A stretch of DNA of 64,000 nucleotides from Candidatus Auribacterota bacterium (GTDB lineage: Bacteria > Auribacterota > Ancaeobacteria > Ancaeobacterales > Ancaeobacteraceae): assembly GCA_022711655.1 (NCBI GenBank), contig JAKLEM010000004.1, forward strand, positions 8,182-72,181. The letters are read 5' to 3'. Below, piece after piece: positions 1 to 8,712 of the stretch (position 1 is the stretch's first letter; every line of letters starts with the position of its first letter). A program made the translations under genes and the position numbers. Under the pieces are notes generated by a model. The model did not search any database. It saw only the letters and a list, made by a program, of their open reading frames with translations, and was not told the DNA's origin.

Positions 1-720
1 TTGACCCCTGCGAATTCAGGGCTTAACCTGGGAATTCAACGGTTGTTGAATACGCAGTTCGAAGCGATCCTTCATATGCTCGAAGAGAATTGCGGGGCCA
101 ATATCCTGTCTGCGCCGAAGATCATGGCGTACAGCAACCAGGAGGCGTCGATCATCATCGGTACGCAATACCCGATCGTGACGACGTCGATCACGACGGG
201 GACGACGGCGACGACGACGGTCCAGCTCGATTACTACCAGAACATCGGCGTGCGCTTGAGCGTCATTCCCCAGGTGAGCGACGACAAGTACATCAATATG
301 ATGCTGCATCCGGCCGTCACGACGAGCACGTCAGACCTCGAGATCAAGAACGACGGCGGCTTTACGATCGCGAAATATCCGATCATCCAGACGAGAGAGG
401 CCGATACGCGGGTTCTCATGCAAGACGGCGAGACGATCGTTATCGGCGGGCTCCTGAAAGATGAAAAGAAAGAGACGCGCATCGGCGTGCCCTTCTTGTC
501 CGACCTGCCGTTCGTCGGGGCCGCGTTCAGGCGGACCACGACCGACACGAAGAAGATGGACCTGCTGATCTTTGTGACCGCGCATATCGTACTGAAGGGG
601 AGCGATACCGGCAGGAACGCCTATTCGTACCTTATAAGCAAGCAGCAGGCGGAACAGTTGCTCAAGAAAGAACCGGCTGCCCCGGCGGAGGTTGCGCAGG
701 AACAGCCGGCTGGTGAATGA
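1..720 (+). CDS. Secretin C-terminal domain protein (GspD/PilQ family), 5-prime truncated by the window edge
   Basis: Open from base 1. Has secretin C-domain hallmarks: LSAPKIMAYSNQEASIIIG and GVPFLSDLPFVGAAFRRTTTDTKKMDLLIFVTAHIV. Confidence 0.85.
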   Translation: MTPANSGLNLGIQRLLNTQFEAILHMLEENCGANILSAPKIMAYSNQEASIIIGTQYPIVTTSITTGTTATTTVQLDYYQNIGVRLSVIPQVSDDKYINMMLHPAVTTSTSDLEIKNDGGFTIAKYPIIQTREADTRVLMQDGETIVIGGLLKDEKKETRIGVPFLSDLPFVGAAFRRTTTDTKKMDLLIFVTAHIVLKGSDTGRNAYSYLISKQQAEQLLKKEPAAPAEVAQEQPAGE

Positions 721-749
721 TGGCTCACCAACACATAAAGGAGATGGCA

Positions 750-1754
750 ATGAACATGCAAACGTTACGCTGGATCGTAGCAGCAGGGATCTGTTTCGTC
801 ATGGGATGCAGTCCGCTCAGCACCACCGTCAAGCCGGTCAAGACGGATATCTGCGCCGAATTGGTGTCGAAGAAGACCGTTGTCAGGAATATGGACACGG
901 TGGCTATCTTTCCCCTGGCTGATTACTCGAGAGACCAGTCTTTCCTCCATAATCCCCGGTACGGGATCAATCTCAAGGTTATGGAGGCGATAACCGATGA
1001 GCTGAACGGGCGGGGGATATCCGTCCTCAATCAGGAGGATGTCAACGGGTTCCTGGTAAGCGAAGGGATCATTGCAGTCGTGAAGAAGAGCAGCGACGCG
1101 GCCAGCCCCGAATGGGAACTGCAAAAACGACCGCATTCAAAGCTCATGCAGGCAAACTTAGTTCATATGATGTCGCAGAATGCAAAAGGCGATTTCAACG
1201 ATAACAAAGAACTGGAAGGGGTGAATGTCGGCCTCTCAAAAGAAAAGGTGAAGGAGCTGGGCGAAGAACTGGGCGCCGATAAGATCATACGGGGCCAGAT
1301 CATAGAATACGGTTTCGGCGAGACGAAAAACCTCAATCCGATGAACGGGTGGCTTGCGGTTTTGCTTGGAGGCCTTGCGGAGGGGAGCGGGGCGTTTGTC
1401 TATCAGGAAGGATACGAAAAAGGGTTGCCGGACAGTTCGTGGACGTCGAAATATATCTATGATAACGAGCTGGGACAGGGTCCCGGCGCCAATATCCCGC
1501 CAAAGCTGACGCAGTGTTTTGTGCAGTTACGGCTCTATCTGCAGGACGTGAAAACCGGCAAGATCGAGTGGTCGAACAGGACGGAGATAAAATTCTCGCC
1601 GACATGGCTGCTCAACTACGATGAGAACCAGCCGAAGAATATGACGGATAAGGCGATCCAGAAGGGCGTGTCGGATCTGATGCTGAATCTTTTCAACGGG
1701 GCCGTGTCTAAAAGCGCAACGGTTACAAAAGAGGCTGTCCCGGAAAATAAATAA
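750..1754 (+). CDS. Lipoprotein of unknown function, possibly with a CsgG/LpoB-like fold
   Basis: The ORF at 717 overlaps the secretin stop (ATGA). I prefer ATG 750, which sits 6 nt after AAGGAG. Signal peptide with lipobox: MNMQTLRWIVAAGICFVMGCS. The motif TVAIFPLADYS...KIIRGQIIEYGF resembles the CsgG/LpoB-type lipoprotein fold; this is from memory only. Confidence 0.6.
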   Translation: MNMQTLRWIVAAGICFVMGCSPLSTTVKPVKTDICAELVSKKTVVRNMDTVAIFPLADYSRDQSFLHNPRYGINLKVMEAITDELNGRGISVLNQEDVNGFLVSEGIIAVVKKSSDAASPEWELQKRPHSKLMQANLVHMMSQNAKGDFNDNKELEGVNVGLSKEKVKELGEELGADKIIRGQIIEYGFGETKNLNPMNGWLAVLLGGLAEGSGAFVYQEGYEKGLPDSSWTSKYIYDNELGQGPGANIPPKLTQCFVQLRLYLQDVKTGKIEWSNRTEIKFSPTWLLNYDENQPKNMTDKAIQKGVSDLMLNLFNGAVSKSATVTKEAVPENK

Positions 1755-1842
1755 ACGCGGCAAATGCCCGTCCCCGCCGCGCTGCGGGCGCGATGATCTG
1801 CCGGGCCGGTTTTTAGAGCAGCGAAAGTTTTACGGGGAGCGG

Positions 1843-3054
1843 TTATCTGCTTCGGATTTCGTCCAGCCGGGTTTTTGCCTGCACGGCGTGCTTGCTGAGC
1901 GGTATCTTCCGTATGATCTCGCGGTAGGCCTGCCTCGCGTGCGGGTACGCGCGGTTAGCAACGTACATGTCGCCCACCCGCATCTGCGTTCGCGCCCAAT
2001 CCTCGTTGACCAGGTTCCAGCCGGGTATGGCGGCGAGGAACGCGACGGCGAGCGCGATCGCCAGGTACAACACTGCTTTCGCGACCATCCTGTATGTTTT
2101 TACCTTAAGACGCTGGTACTTCTCGTCGTGGATCGATACGCGCAGCAGCCCTTTCTGGAAACGGTCGAGCACGTTGAGGAACTCGTCGAGCGTCTGATAC
2201 CGTTTTGCGGGATCCTTCTCCAGCATCTTCATGACGATCGTGTCGAGGATGTAGGGGGTCTCGTGAGTGATCTGCGACGGAACGGCCGGAGCGGCGGTGG
2301 TTATCTTGTCGATGAGCGCGGCAAACGATCCCTCGTTGAACGGCGTCCTGCCGGTGAGCAGCTCGTAGAGCACGCATCCCAAAGAGTAGATGTCGCTGCG
2401 CCGGTCGAGAGGTTTGCCCATCGCCTGTTCCGGCGACATGTAGTTCGGGGTGCCGGCGATCTCGCTGCGGTTGGTGTCGGCGAGGTTTACCAGCCTGACG
2501 AGCCCGAAATCGGTTATGCGCGGCCAGCCATCGGCATCGATCAGGATGTTCCCCGGCTTGACGTCGAGATGGATTATGCCGCGCTGGTGCGCGTAGTGCA
2601 GCCCGCCTGCGACCTCCTTGACGATACGCAGCGCCTCGTCGATCGTCGGGAGGCGCTGCAACTGCAGGTGCTTCTCCAGGACGGACGATAACGGAGTCCC
2701 TTCGACGAGTTCCATCGCGAAATAATAGGTCCCTTCTTCTATGCCGAAAAAGTAGATTGCGATGATGTTGGGATGGGACAGCGACGCGATGACCTTCGCC
2801 TCTTTCCTGAACCGCTCGACGAAATCGGGGCGCAGGGAGAATGTCTTCGGCAGAACTTTGACGGCGACCCTCCGGTTGAGGCTTTTTTGGAACGCCTCAT
2901 ACACGACGCCCATCCCGCCCCGTCCTATCTCGCGCACGATCTCGTATTCGCCGAGGCTCGCGCCTGTCAGGTCTGTCTGCGACGCGACGGCGGCCTTCGA
3001 GACTATCGTCTTTTCCGGGTCGAAAGGGGTGTTGTTGTCGAGAGGTAAGGTCAT
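1843..3054 (-). CDS. Hanks-type Ser/Thr protein kinase with a C-terminal TM segment and a short TPR-like tail
   Basis: G-loop GRGGMGVVYEA, VAVKVL lysine, catalytic loop IIHLDVKPGNIL, DFG, GTPNYMSPE; TM segment AVLYLAIALAVAFLAAI. Start set at ATG 3054 (MTLPLDNN). The longer ORF to 3468 would run antisense into gcvT. Confidence 0.9.
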   Translation of the reverse strand: MTLPLDNNTPFDPEKTIVSKAAVASQTDLTGASLGEYEIVREIGRGGMGVVYEAFQKSLNRRVAVKVLPKTFSLRPDFVERFRKEAKVIASLSHPNIIAIYFFGIEEGTYYFAMELVEGTPLSSVLEKHLQLQRLPTIDEALRIVKEVAGGLHYAHQRGIIHLDVKPGNILIDADGWPRITDFGLVRLVNLADTNRSEIAGTPNYMSPEQAMGKPLDRRSDIYSLGCVLYELLTGRTPFNEGSFAALIDKITTAAPAVPSQITHETPYILDTIVMKMLEKDPAKRYQTLDEFLNVLDRFQKGLLRVSIHDEKYQRLKVKTYRMVAKAVLYLAIALAVAFLAAIPGWNLVNEDWARTQMRVGDMYVANRAYPHARQAYREIIRKIPLSKHAVQAKTRLDEIRSR

Positions 3055-3133
3055 AGGCTGCCCTTCTTTATGGGATATTATACCCCGAGCGCATTCGGCG
3101 CGCAACGTGAAAGGGGTATTTTGAATTATACGT

Positions 3134-3162
3134 TTGACAAGGGTGAGGCCGGTTGCTAGACT
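3134..3162 (+). promoter_or_regulatory. Sigma70-like promoter candidate for the gcv operon
   Basis: TTGACA (3134-3139), 17-nt spacer, TAGACT (3157-3162), about 40 nt upstream of the gcvT ATG. Confidence 0.4.
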
Positions 3163-3202
3163 ACGGGCTGCTTCCGAGATTGTGAAGGGAAAGGATGGGG
3201 TA

Positions 3203-4336
3203 ATGTCAACGCAGGAAACCATGCAACCGCTTATGAAAACGCCCCTGTACGACGTCCATGTACAGTCGGGCGCCAGCATAGTCGATTTCAACGGATGGCT
3301 GATGCCGATCCAGTACGAGGGGATCATCGCCGAACATAACGCGGTGAGAAAGAGCGTCGGGATATTCGATATCTGCCATATGGGCGTGATCGAGGTCAAC
3401 GGCCCCGATGCGCTCCGCTTCTGCCAGTATGCGATAACCAACGACGCCGGGAAGCTCACCGACGGCAAGGCGCTCTATACGCCCCTGTGCAATAAAAATG
3501 GCGGGATCGTCGACGACGTCCTGCTCTACCGGTTCGGGAAGGAGCGTTACGCGTTCGTCGTCAATGCGTCGAACATCCCGAAAGACACCGCGTGGCTGAA
3601 GGGGCTGCTGAAAGGCTTTCAGGCGGAGGTGGCCGATGCGAGCCCGCGGACGGGGATCATCGCGGTGCAGGGCCCCAATTCGCTGCCGCTGATGGAGGAC
3701 CTTTACGGCCGCGCCGTCGAGACGCTGCAGTATTACAGTTTTGTCGAAACGGAGATCTGCGGCGGCCCGTGCGTCTTGTCGCGGACCGGCTACACCGGCG
3801 AGATGGGGTTCGAGCTTTATTTCCCCCGGGAGAAGGCCGCGGAAATATGGGCGCTTATCATGGATAAAGGGAAGCGGTACGGCATCCGCCCGATCGGCCT
3901 GGGGGCGCGCGACACGCTCCGCCTCGAGATGGGTTTCTCTTTGTACGGGCACGAGATAGACGATACGACGACGCCGCTTGAAGCGGGGCTCTCCTGGACG
4001 GTTTGTTTGGACAAAGAGGATTTTGTCGGCAAGAAGCCGCTCCTGGAGCAGAAGAAAAGCGGCCTGCCGCGCAAGCTCGTCGCCTTCAGGATGCTCGACC
4101 GGTCCATACCGAGAGCGGGCAACCCGGTGCGCAACATGGGAAAGGTGATCGGGAAAGTGACGAGCGGCTCTTATTCGCCGTCGCTTTCTGTCGGGATCGG
4201 CATGGCATATGTCGACAGCCTCTACGCCGTGGCCAACAGCCAGATCGCCGTGAATATCAGGGGCAAAGACTCGTTCGCCGAAGTCGTGAAGCCGCCGTTT
4301 TACCACAAGAAGGCGGCGGCCAAGGCGAAGAAATAA
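3203..4336 (+). CDS. gcvT: Glycine cleavage system T protein (aminomethyltransferase)
   Basis: N-terminus TPLYDVHVQSGASIVDFNGWLMPIQY, length about 377 aa, followed by gcvH and gcvP. ATG 3203 is preceded by AAGGA. Confidence 0.95.
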   Translation: MSTQETMQPLMKTPLYDVHVQSGASIVDFNGWLMPIQYEGIIAEHNAVRKSVGIFDICHMGVIEVNGPDALRFCQYAITNDAGKLTDGKALYTPLCNKNGGIVDDVLLYRFGKERYAFVVNASNIPKDTAWLKGLLKGFQAEVADASPRTGIIAVQGPNSLPLMEDLYGRAVETLQYYSFVETEICGGPCVLSRTGYTGEMGFELYFPREKAAEIWALIMDKGKRYGIRPIGLGARDTLRLEMGFSLYGHEIDDTTTPLEAGLSWTVCLDKEDFVGKKPLLEQKKSGLPRKLVAFRMLDRSIPRAGNPVRNMGKVIGKVTSGSYSPSLSVGIGMAYVDSLYAVANSQIAVNIRGKDSFAEVVKPPFYHKKAAAKAKK

Positions 4337-4349
4337 CAGGAGGATATAG

Positions 4350-4733
4350 ATGAAGACGCCGGCGGAATTACAGTATGCGAAAAGCCACGAGTGGATGAAG
4401 GTTGAAGGGAAGAACGCGCGTATCGGGATCACCGACTTCGCGCAGCACGAGCTGACCGACGTCGTGTTCGTCGAGCTGCCGAAGATCGGCAAAGAGGTCA
4501 AGGCCGGGGGGCAGGCGGCGGTGATCGAATCGGTGAAGACGGCGGTCGACGTCTATTCGCCCGTGTCGGGCAAGATCGTCGAAGTGAACGGCGGCCTGGA
4601 GAACGACCCGGGCACGCTCAACCGCGACCCCTACGGCACAGGCTGGATGTTCGTCGTGCAGATGGCGAAGCCCGAAGAGGCCGGCGCGCTGATGGCGGCG
4701 GCCGATTACGAGAAGCTGACCTCGGGGAAATAA
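4350..4733 (+). CDS. gcvH: Glycine cleavage system H protein (lipoyl carrier)
   Basis: 127 aa; lipoyl-lysine motif ESVKTAVDVYSPVSG; AGGAGG RBS upstream. Confidence 0.95.
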   Translation: MKTPAELQYAKSHEWMKVEGKNARIGITDFAQHELTDVVFVELPKIGKEVKAGGQAAVIESVKTAVDVYSPVSGKIVEVNGGLENDPGTLNRDPYGTGWMFVVQMAKPEEAGALMAAADYEKLTSGK

Positions 4734-4740
4734 GACTTTC

Positions 4741-6135
4741 ATGGACTTCATACCTCATACCAAAGCCGATACCGATTCGATGCTGAAGGCGGTCGGCGCC
4801 GATACGGTCGAGAAGCTTGTCGCGGACATACCCGCGGCGCTCCGTCACGGGCTCCACGGGATCCCGCGGCCGCTTTCCGAGTGCGAGCTTCTTGCGGACC
4901 TGCGAGAGCGCGCGTCGCGCAACGCCGACAGCGACGGCTTTACCTCGTACCTCGGCGCCGGCGCCTACGAGCACTATATCCCTTCCGCGCTCTCCCACAT
5001 CGTCGGGCGGAGCGAGTTCTACACCGCCTACACGCCGTACCAGCCGGAGGCAAGCCAGGGAACTTTGCAGGCGGTCTACGAATACCAGAGCGTCATGTGC
5101 GGCCTGACCGCGATGGATGTCACGAACGCGTCGCTCTATGACGGCGGGTCGGCGGTCGCCGAGGCGGCGCTTATGGCGCTGGCCGCGCGCGAGGGGCGAA
5201 GCGAGGTCATCGTCTCCGAGCTTGTCCATCCCGAATACCGGCAGGTGCTGAGGACCTATCTCGCGCAGCGCAAAGTGACCATCCGCGAGATCCCGCATGT
5301 CGACGGCGCGACCGACCTCAAGACTCTCAAGGGGCGTGTCAGCGGCAACACCGCCGCCGTCATCATCCAGAGCCCGAATTTCTTCGGGTCGCTTGAGGAT
5401 ATGCGCGCATGCGAAGAGATCATCCATAAGGCGGGAGCCCTGTTCGTCGCCGTCGTCAACCCCCTGTCGCTCGGGGTGATCGCGCCGCCGGGGGAATACA
5501 ATGCGGATATCGCGGTAGGCGAAGGCCAGCCGCTGGGCAACCCGGTCGCGTTCGGCGGGCCGTATCTCGGCTTTATAGCCGTCAAGGACGAGCTGAAGCG
5601 GCGGATGCCGGGGCGCATGGTCGGCGTCACGCTTGACCGCAACGGCAAAAAAGGGTTCGTCCTCACCCTGCAGGCGCGCGAGCAGCACATACGCCGGGAG
5701 AAGGCGACGTCCAATATCTGCAGCAACGAGGCGCTGTGCGCGCTCTCCGCGTGCGTTTACGTCTCCCTGCTCGGCAAGCAGGGGATGGTCGAGCTCGCGA
5801 AGCTCAATATAGCCCGCAGCCACTACCTTGCCTCGAAGATCGCTGCGGTCGAGGGCATCAGAGTTGCGTTCAAGGCGCCGTTCTTCAATGAGTTCGTCGT
5901 CGAGTCCGACGTGCCGCTGAAAAAGATCAACCGGTATCTCCTCAGGAACAAGGTGATCGCCGGCCTCGATATTTCGCGCTTCTATAAAGGGTGCAAGAAC
6001 ATGATGCTCGTGTGCGCCACCGAGACGAAGTCGCCGGACGATCTCGACAGGTACGCAGAGCTACTGGCCGAAGTCGCCGCGGGCGCGGCCAAGGTTAAGG
6101 AACCGGTCTGCGAAGAGACGGTGAAGGGCGTTTAA
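4741..6135 (+). CDS. gcvPA: Glycine dehydrogenase (decarboxylating) subunit 1
   Basis: 464 aa; FIPHT...SYLGAGAYEHYIP...TAYTPYQPEASQGTLQ is typical of split P-protein subunit 1. Confidence 0.95.
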   Translation: MDFIPHTKADTDSMLKAVGADTVEKLVADIPAALRHGLHGIPRPLSECELLADLRERASRNADSDGFTSYLGAGAYEHYIPSALSHIVGRSEFYTAYTPYQPEASQGTLQAVYEYQSVMCGLTAMDVTNASLYDGGSAVAEAALMALAAREGRSEVIVSELVHPEYRQVLRTYLAQRKVTIREIPHVDGATDLKTLKGRVSGNTAAVIIQSPNFFGSLEDMRACEEIIHKAGALFVAVVNPLSLGVIAPPGEYNADIAVGEGQPLGNPVAFGGPYLGFIAVKDELKRRMPGRMVGVTLDRNGKKGFVLTLQAREQHIRREKATSNICSNEALCALSACVYVSLLGKQGMVELAKLNIARSHYLASKIAAVEGIRVAFKAPFFNEFVVESDVPLKKINRYLLRNKVIAGLDISRFYKGCKNMMLVCATETKSPDDLDRYAELLAEVAAGAAKVKEPVCEETVKGV

Positions 6136-6167
6136 CGGGTAGGGCGCAGGCGTGCCTGTACCCTGCG
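6136..6167. repeat. 32-nt GC-rich palindromic REP-like element, copy 1
   Basis: CGGGTAGGGCGCAGGCGTGCCTGTACCCTGCG lies between the gcvPA stop and the gcvPB start. It is a near-identical reverse complement of 10039-10070. Confidence 0.7.
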
Positions 6168-6190
6168 AGATCGTGGATGACAGGATAGGG

Positions 6191-7645
6191 ATGGTTATGA
6201 ACGAAGAAAAGCTCATATTTGAGATCGGGTCGCCGGGTCGTGCTGGCTATTCGCTGCCGTCCTGCGAAGGGAGCCCGGCCCCAGAGTCGGTGATCCCGAA
6301 AGGATACCTTCGCGCCGCGGCGCCGGCACTGCCCGAGGCGTCGGAGCTTGACGTGGTCAGGCATTTCACCAACCTGTCACGGAAGAATTTCGGCGTCGAC
6401 ACCAATTTCTATCCGCTCGGCTCCTGCACGATGAAATACAACCCGAAGGTGTGCGAGGAGGCGGCGAAGATCCCCGGCTTCCTGAAGGCGCACCCGTATC
6501 AGCCCGAAGAGCTTTCGCAGGGGCTGCTCCAGATATTCCATGAGACCGAGCAATACCTGTGCGAGATCTGCGGAATGGACGCCTTCTCGCTCCAGCCGGC
6601 GGCGGGGGCGCACGGCGAATTCCTGGGGCTCCTCCTGATCAGCGCCTATTTCAGGGATCGCAGGGAGAAAAGATCGAAAGTGATCGTGCCCGACTCGTCG
6701 CACGGTACGAACCCGTCCAGCGCGCATATCGCCGGATTCTCGGTCGTGACGATCAAATCGAACGCGGACGGAGAGGTCGATCTCGCGGAGCTCGAAAAGG
6801 CCCTCGATGACGATACCGCGGCCCTGATGATGACCAACCCGAACACGCTCGGCCTTTTTGAGAGAAAGATCGTCGAGATCGCCGAGATGGTCCACAAGCG
6901 CGGTGCTCTGTTGTACTACGACGGCGCGAACCTGAACCCGCTCCTGGGGCTTGCGCGGCCCGGCGACATGGGTTTCGACGTGATCCACGTGAACCTCCAC
7001 AAGACGTTCGCTACGCCGCACGGCGGCGGCGGGCCGGGGTCCGGTCCCGTGGGCGTCAAGAAGGCGCTGGAGCCGTTCCTGCCGGTGCCGCGGATCAGGA
7101 AAAACGACGACAGCTACCGGTTCGACGGGAAACTGCCGAAATCGGTCGGCAGGGTCCGCTCGTTCTACGGGAACGCCGGGGTGATCCTCCGCGCGTACGC
7201 CTACATCCGGGCGCTCGGTGCGGAAGGACTCAAGAAGGTCGCGCTCTATTCGATCCTCAACGCGAACTACATCAAGGAACAGCTGAAAAACGACTACCAT
7301 CTGCCTTACGACCGGACCTGCATGCACGAATTCGTTTTTTCCAGCGCCAAACAGCTCGACCGGGAGGTCCACGCGGTCGACGTCGCCAAAGCGCTGATCG
7401 ACATGGGGATCCATCCGCCGACCATCTATTTCCCGCTGATCGTTCCCGAGGCGATCATGATCGAGCCGACCGAGACGGAGAGCAAGGAGACGCTCGACCG
7501 GTTCATCGCCGCCATGCGGGAGATAGCCGCCAAGGCGAAGAGCGATCCCGCATCGCTGAAAGCCGCGCCGGTCACCACCCCGGTCACCCGCCTCGACGAA
7601 GTGAAGGCTGCCCGCGAGCCGAACCTCTGCTACAAGCCCTGCTGA
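6191..7645 (+). CDS. gcvPB: Glycine dehydrogenase (decarboxylating) subunit 2
   Basis: PLP-lysine motif VNLHKTFATPHGGGGPG. Start placed at ATG 6191 (MVMNEEKLIFE) because the GTG at 6152 lies inside the hairpin repeat. Confidence 0.95.
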   Translation: MVMNEEKLIFEIGSPGRAGYSLPSCEGSPAPESVIPKGYLRAAAPALPEASELDVVRHFTNLSRKNFGVDTNFYPLGSCTMKYNPKVCEEAAKIPGFLKAHPYQPEELSQGLLQIFHETEQYLCEICGMDAFSLQPAAGAHGEFLGLLLISAYFRDRREKRSKVIVPDSSHGTNPSSAHIAGFSVVTIKSNADGEVDLAELEKALDDDTAALMMTNPNTLGLFERKIVEIAEMVHKRGALLYYDGANLNPLLGLARPGDMGFDVIHVNLHKTFATPHGGGGPGSGPVGVKKALEPFLPVPRIRKNDDSYRFDGKLPKSVGRVRSFYGNAGVILRAYAYIRALGAEGLKKVALYSILNANYIKEQLKNDYHLPYDRTCMHEFVFSSAKQLDREVHAVDVAKALIDMGIHPPTIYFPLIVPEAIMIEPTETESKETLDRFIAAMREIAAKAKSDPASLKAAPVTTPVTRLDEVKAAREPNLCYKPC

Positions 7646-7648
7646 CAA

Positions 7649-7914
7649 GAAACGGCGGATAACGGCCCGTCTGCGGCAACCCTGCGAATCGAAGATTCGC
7701 GGAGCAGCCCCCGCGCCTGGGGGCGTTGCCCGCCATCGCTCCCTTTGTGCGGCGTACTTACCAGTACGCCTCCCCAGGCGGGGACTGGTCCGCGAATCTC
7801 TAAAGATTCGCCGGCTTGTCCCCATACGGGGACCGGTCCGCAAATCTTACGATTCGCCGGCTTGTCCGCGGTCGCTGGCGGGCGCCTTGCACCCGGGCCG
7901 TTCTTCGCCGTTTC
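7649..7914. repeat. Composite palindromic intergenic element (family 2), expanded copy
   Basis: Outer inverted arms GAAACGGCGGATAACGGCCCG / CGGGCCGTTCTTCGCCGTTTC enclose three GCGAATC-N-GATTCGC hairpin modules. A shorter homolog lies at 62868-62976. Confidence 0.75.
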
Positions 7915-7940
7915 AAATAGTAACCAAAGGATATGTTCGG

Positions 7941-8711
7941 ATGAATGAAACGTTCGACGCCCCTATGAATATGGCGATCGACGAGGCGCTGTTGCTCAAG
8001 GCGATCGATTGGCGCAGCCGGACGCCGGCCGTCAGGTTTTACGACTGGTTGCGGCGCGCGGTCTCGATCGGCTACTTCCAGAAGATCGCCGTTGTCAGGG
8101 ATATCCTGAAGCCGGTGCAGACGAGCTTCGAGATCGTCCGCCGGATGACCGGCGGCGGCGTGGTCTTTCATGGCAACGATATCACGTTCAGCATCGTTGC
8201 TCCCGAAGAGGCGTTTGCCGGGGGCGAAGGGCCGGGGAAGGTCGTCGAGAGCTACCGGAAGGTCAATGAAGCGATCAGGAGCGGCATCTCGGCAATACGG
8301 GAAGCGGGCTCCGGCGGCCCGACATCTCTTGAGCGTCAGGCGGCCTCGATACGCGCGACGAAGCTTTGCTTTGCCCAGCCGACGAAATACGATGTGATGT
8401 ACGAGGGACGTAAGATCGCTGGCGGCGCTCAGCGCCGGATCGGCGGGTATGTGCTGTATCAGGGTTCGATCCTTATGCGGAGAGAGCCCGAGGAGGAGCT
8501 TTCAGCCCTGCTGGGGCCGACGGCCGCCACAATGGAAGAGATCGCTGGGCGGAAGCTTGATCGGAACGAAGCGGTACGGCAACTACGTGCGGGATTTGAA
8601 GAGGCGTTCGGCCGGTGCGCTCCGGCGGCGATTGACGAGACGGTGATCGATCAAGCCCGCCGCTTGGCCATAGAGCGATACGGGTGCGACGAATGGTTGA
8701 ACGCGTATTGA
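7941..8711 (+). CDS. Lipoate-protein ligase / octanoyltransferase family protein (BPL/LPL catalytic domain)
   Basis: MNMAIDEALL...VRFYDW...AVSIGYFQ...VRRMTGGGVVFHGNDITFS and a conserved K in GRKIAGGAQRR. Sits next to gcvH, a lipoylated substrate. Confidence 0.8.
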   Translation: MNETFDAPMNMAIDEALLLKAIDWRSRTPAVRFYDWLRRAVSIGYFQKIAVVRDILKPVQTSFEIVRRMTGGGVVFHGNDITFSIVAPEEAFAGGEGPGKVVESYRKVNEAIRSGISAIREAGSGGPTSLERQAASIRATKLCFAQPTKYDVMYEGRKIAGGAQRRIGGYVLYQGSILMRREPEEELSALLGPTAATMEEIAGRKLDRNEAVRQLRAGFEEAFGRCAPAAIDETVIDQARRLAIERYGCDEWLNAY

Positions 8712-8712
8712 T

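Noticed and set aside
1755-1842. A bidirectional terminator between the convergent lipoprotein and kinase genes.
   Set aside because: There are GC-rich segments and a short CCGGGCCGG-TTTTT, but I could not define a convincing stem-loop by hand.
3055-3202. Glycine riboswitch upstream of gcvT.
   Set aside because: I looked for the conserved aptamer core sequences and found none. This cannot be excluded without a covariance-model search.
1843-3468. The 541-aa version of the kinase ORF.
   Set aside because: The first 138 codons have no kinase similarity and run antisense into gcvT and its promoter. The ATG at 3054 gives a normal kinase N-terminus.
3206-4501. Long antisense ORFs opposite well-supported genes. 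Examples: 3206-4501, 4618-5823, 6377-7843, 12316-13485, 14436-15530, 27227-28357, 29849-30952, 30888-32555, 40917-42227, 50254-51384 and 58523-60034.
   Set aside because: These are typical high-GC shadow ORFs. Their translations are Arg/Pro/Ala/Gly-rich with no recognisable motifs, and each lies fully opposite a gene with strong family signatures.
6152-6190. GTG 6152 as the gcvPB start.
   Set aside because: The codon lies inside the 32-nt palindromic repeat. The conserved N-terminus begins near ATG 6191.
7649-7914. Possible small CRISPR array, suggested by the repeated GATTCGCCGGCTTGTCC units.
   Set aside because: There are only two to three units and the units are themselves hairpins. Spacing is irregular, the whole region is enclosed by long inverted arms, a homolog with one unit exists at 62868, and there are no cas genes.
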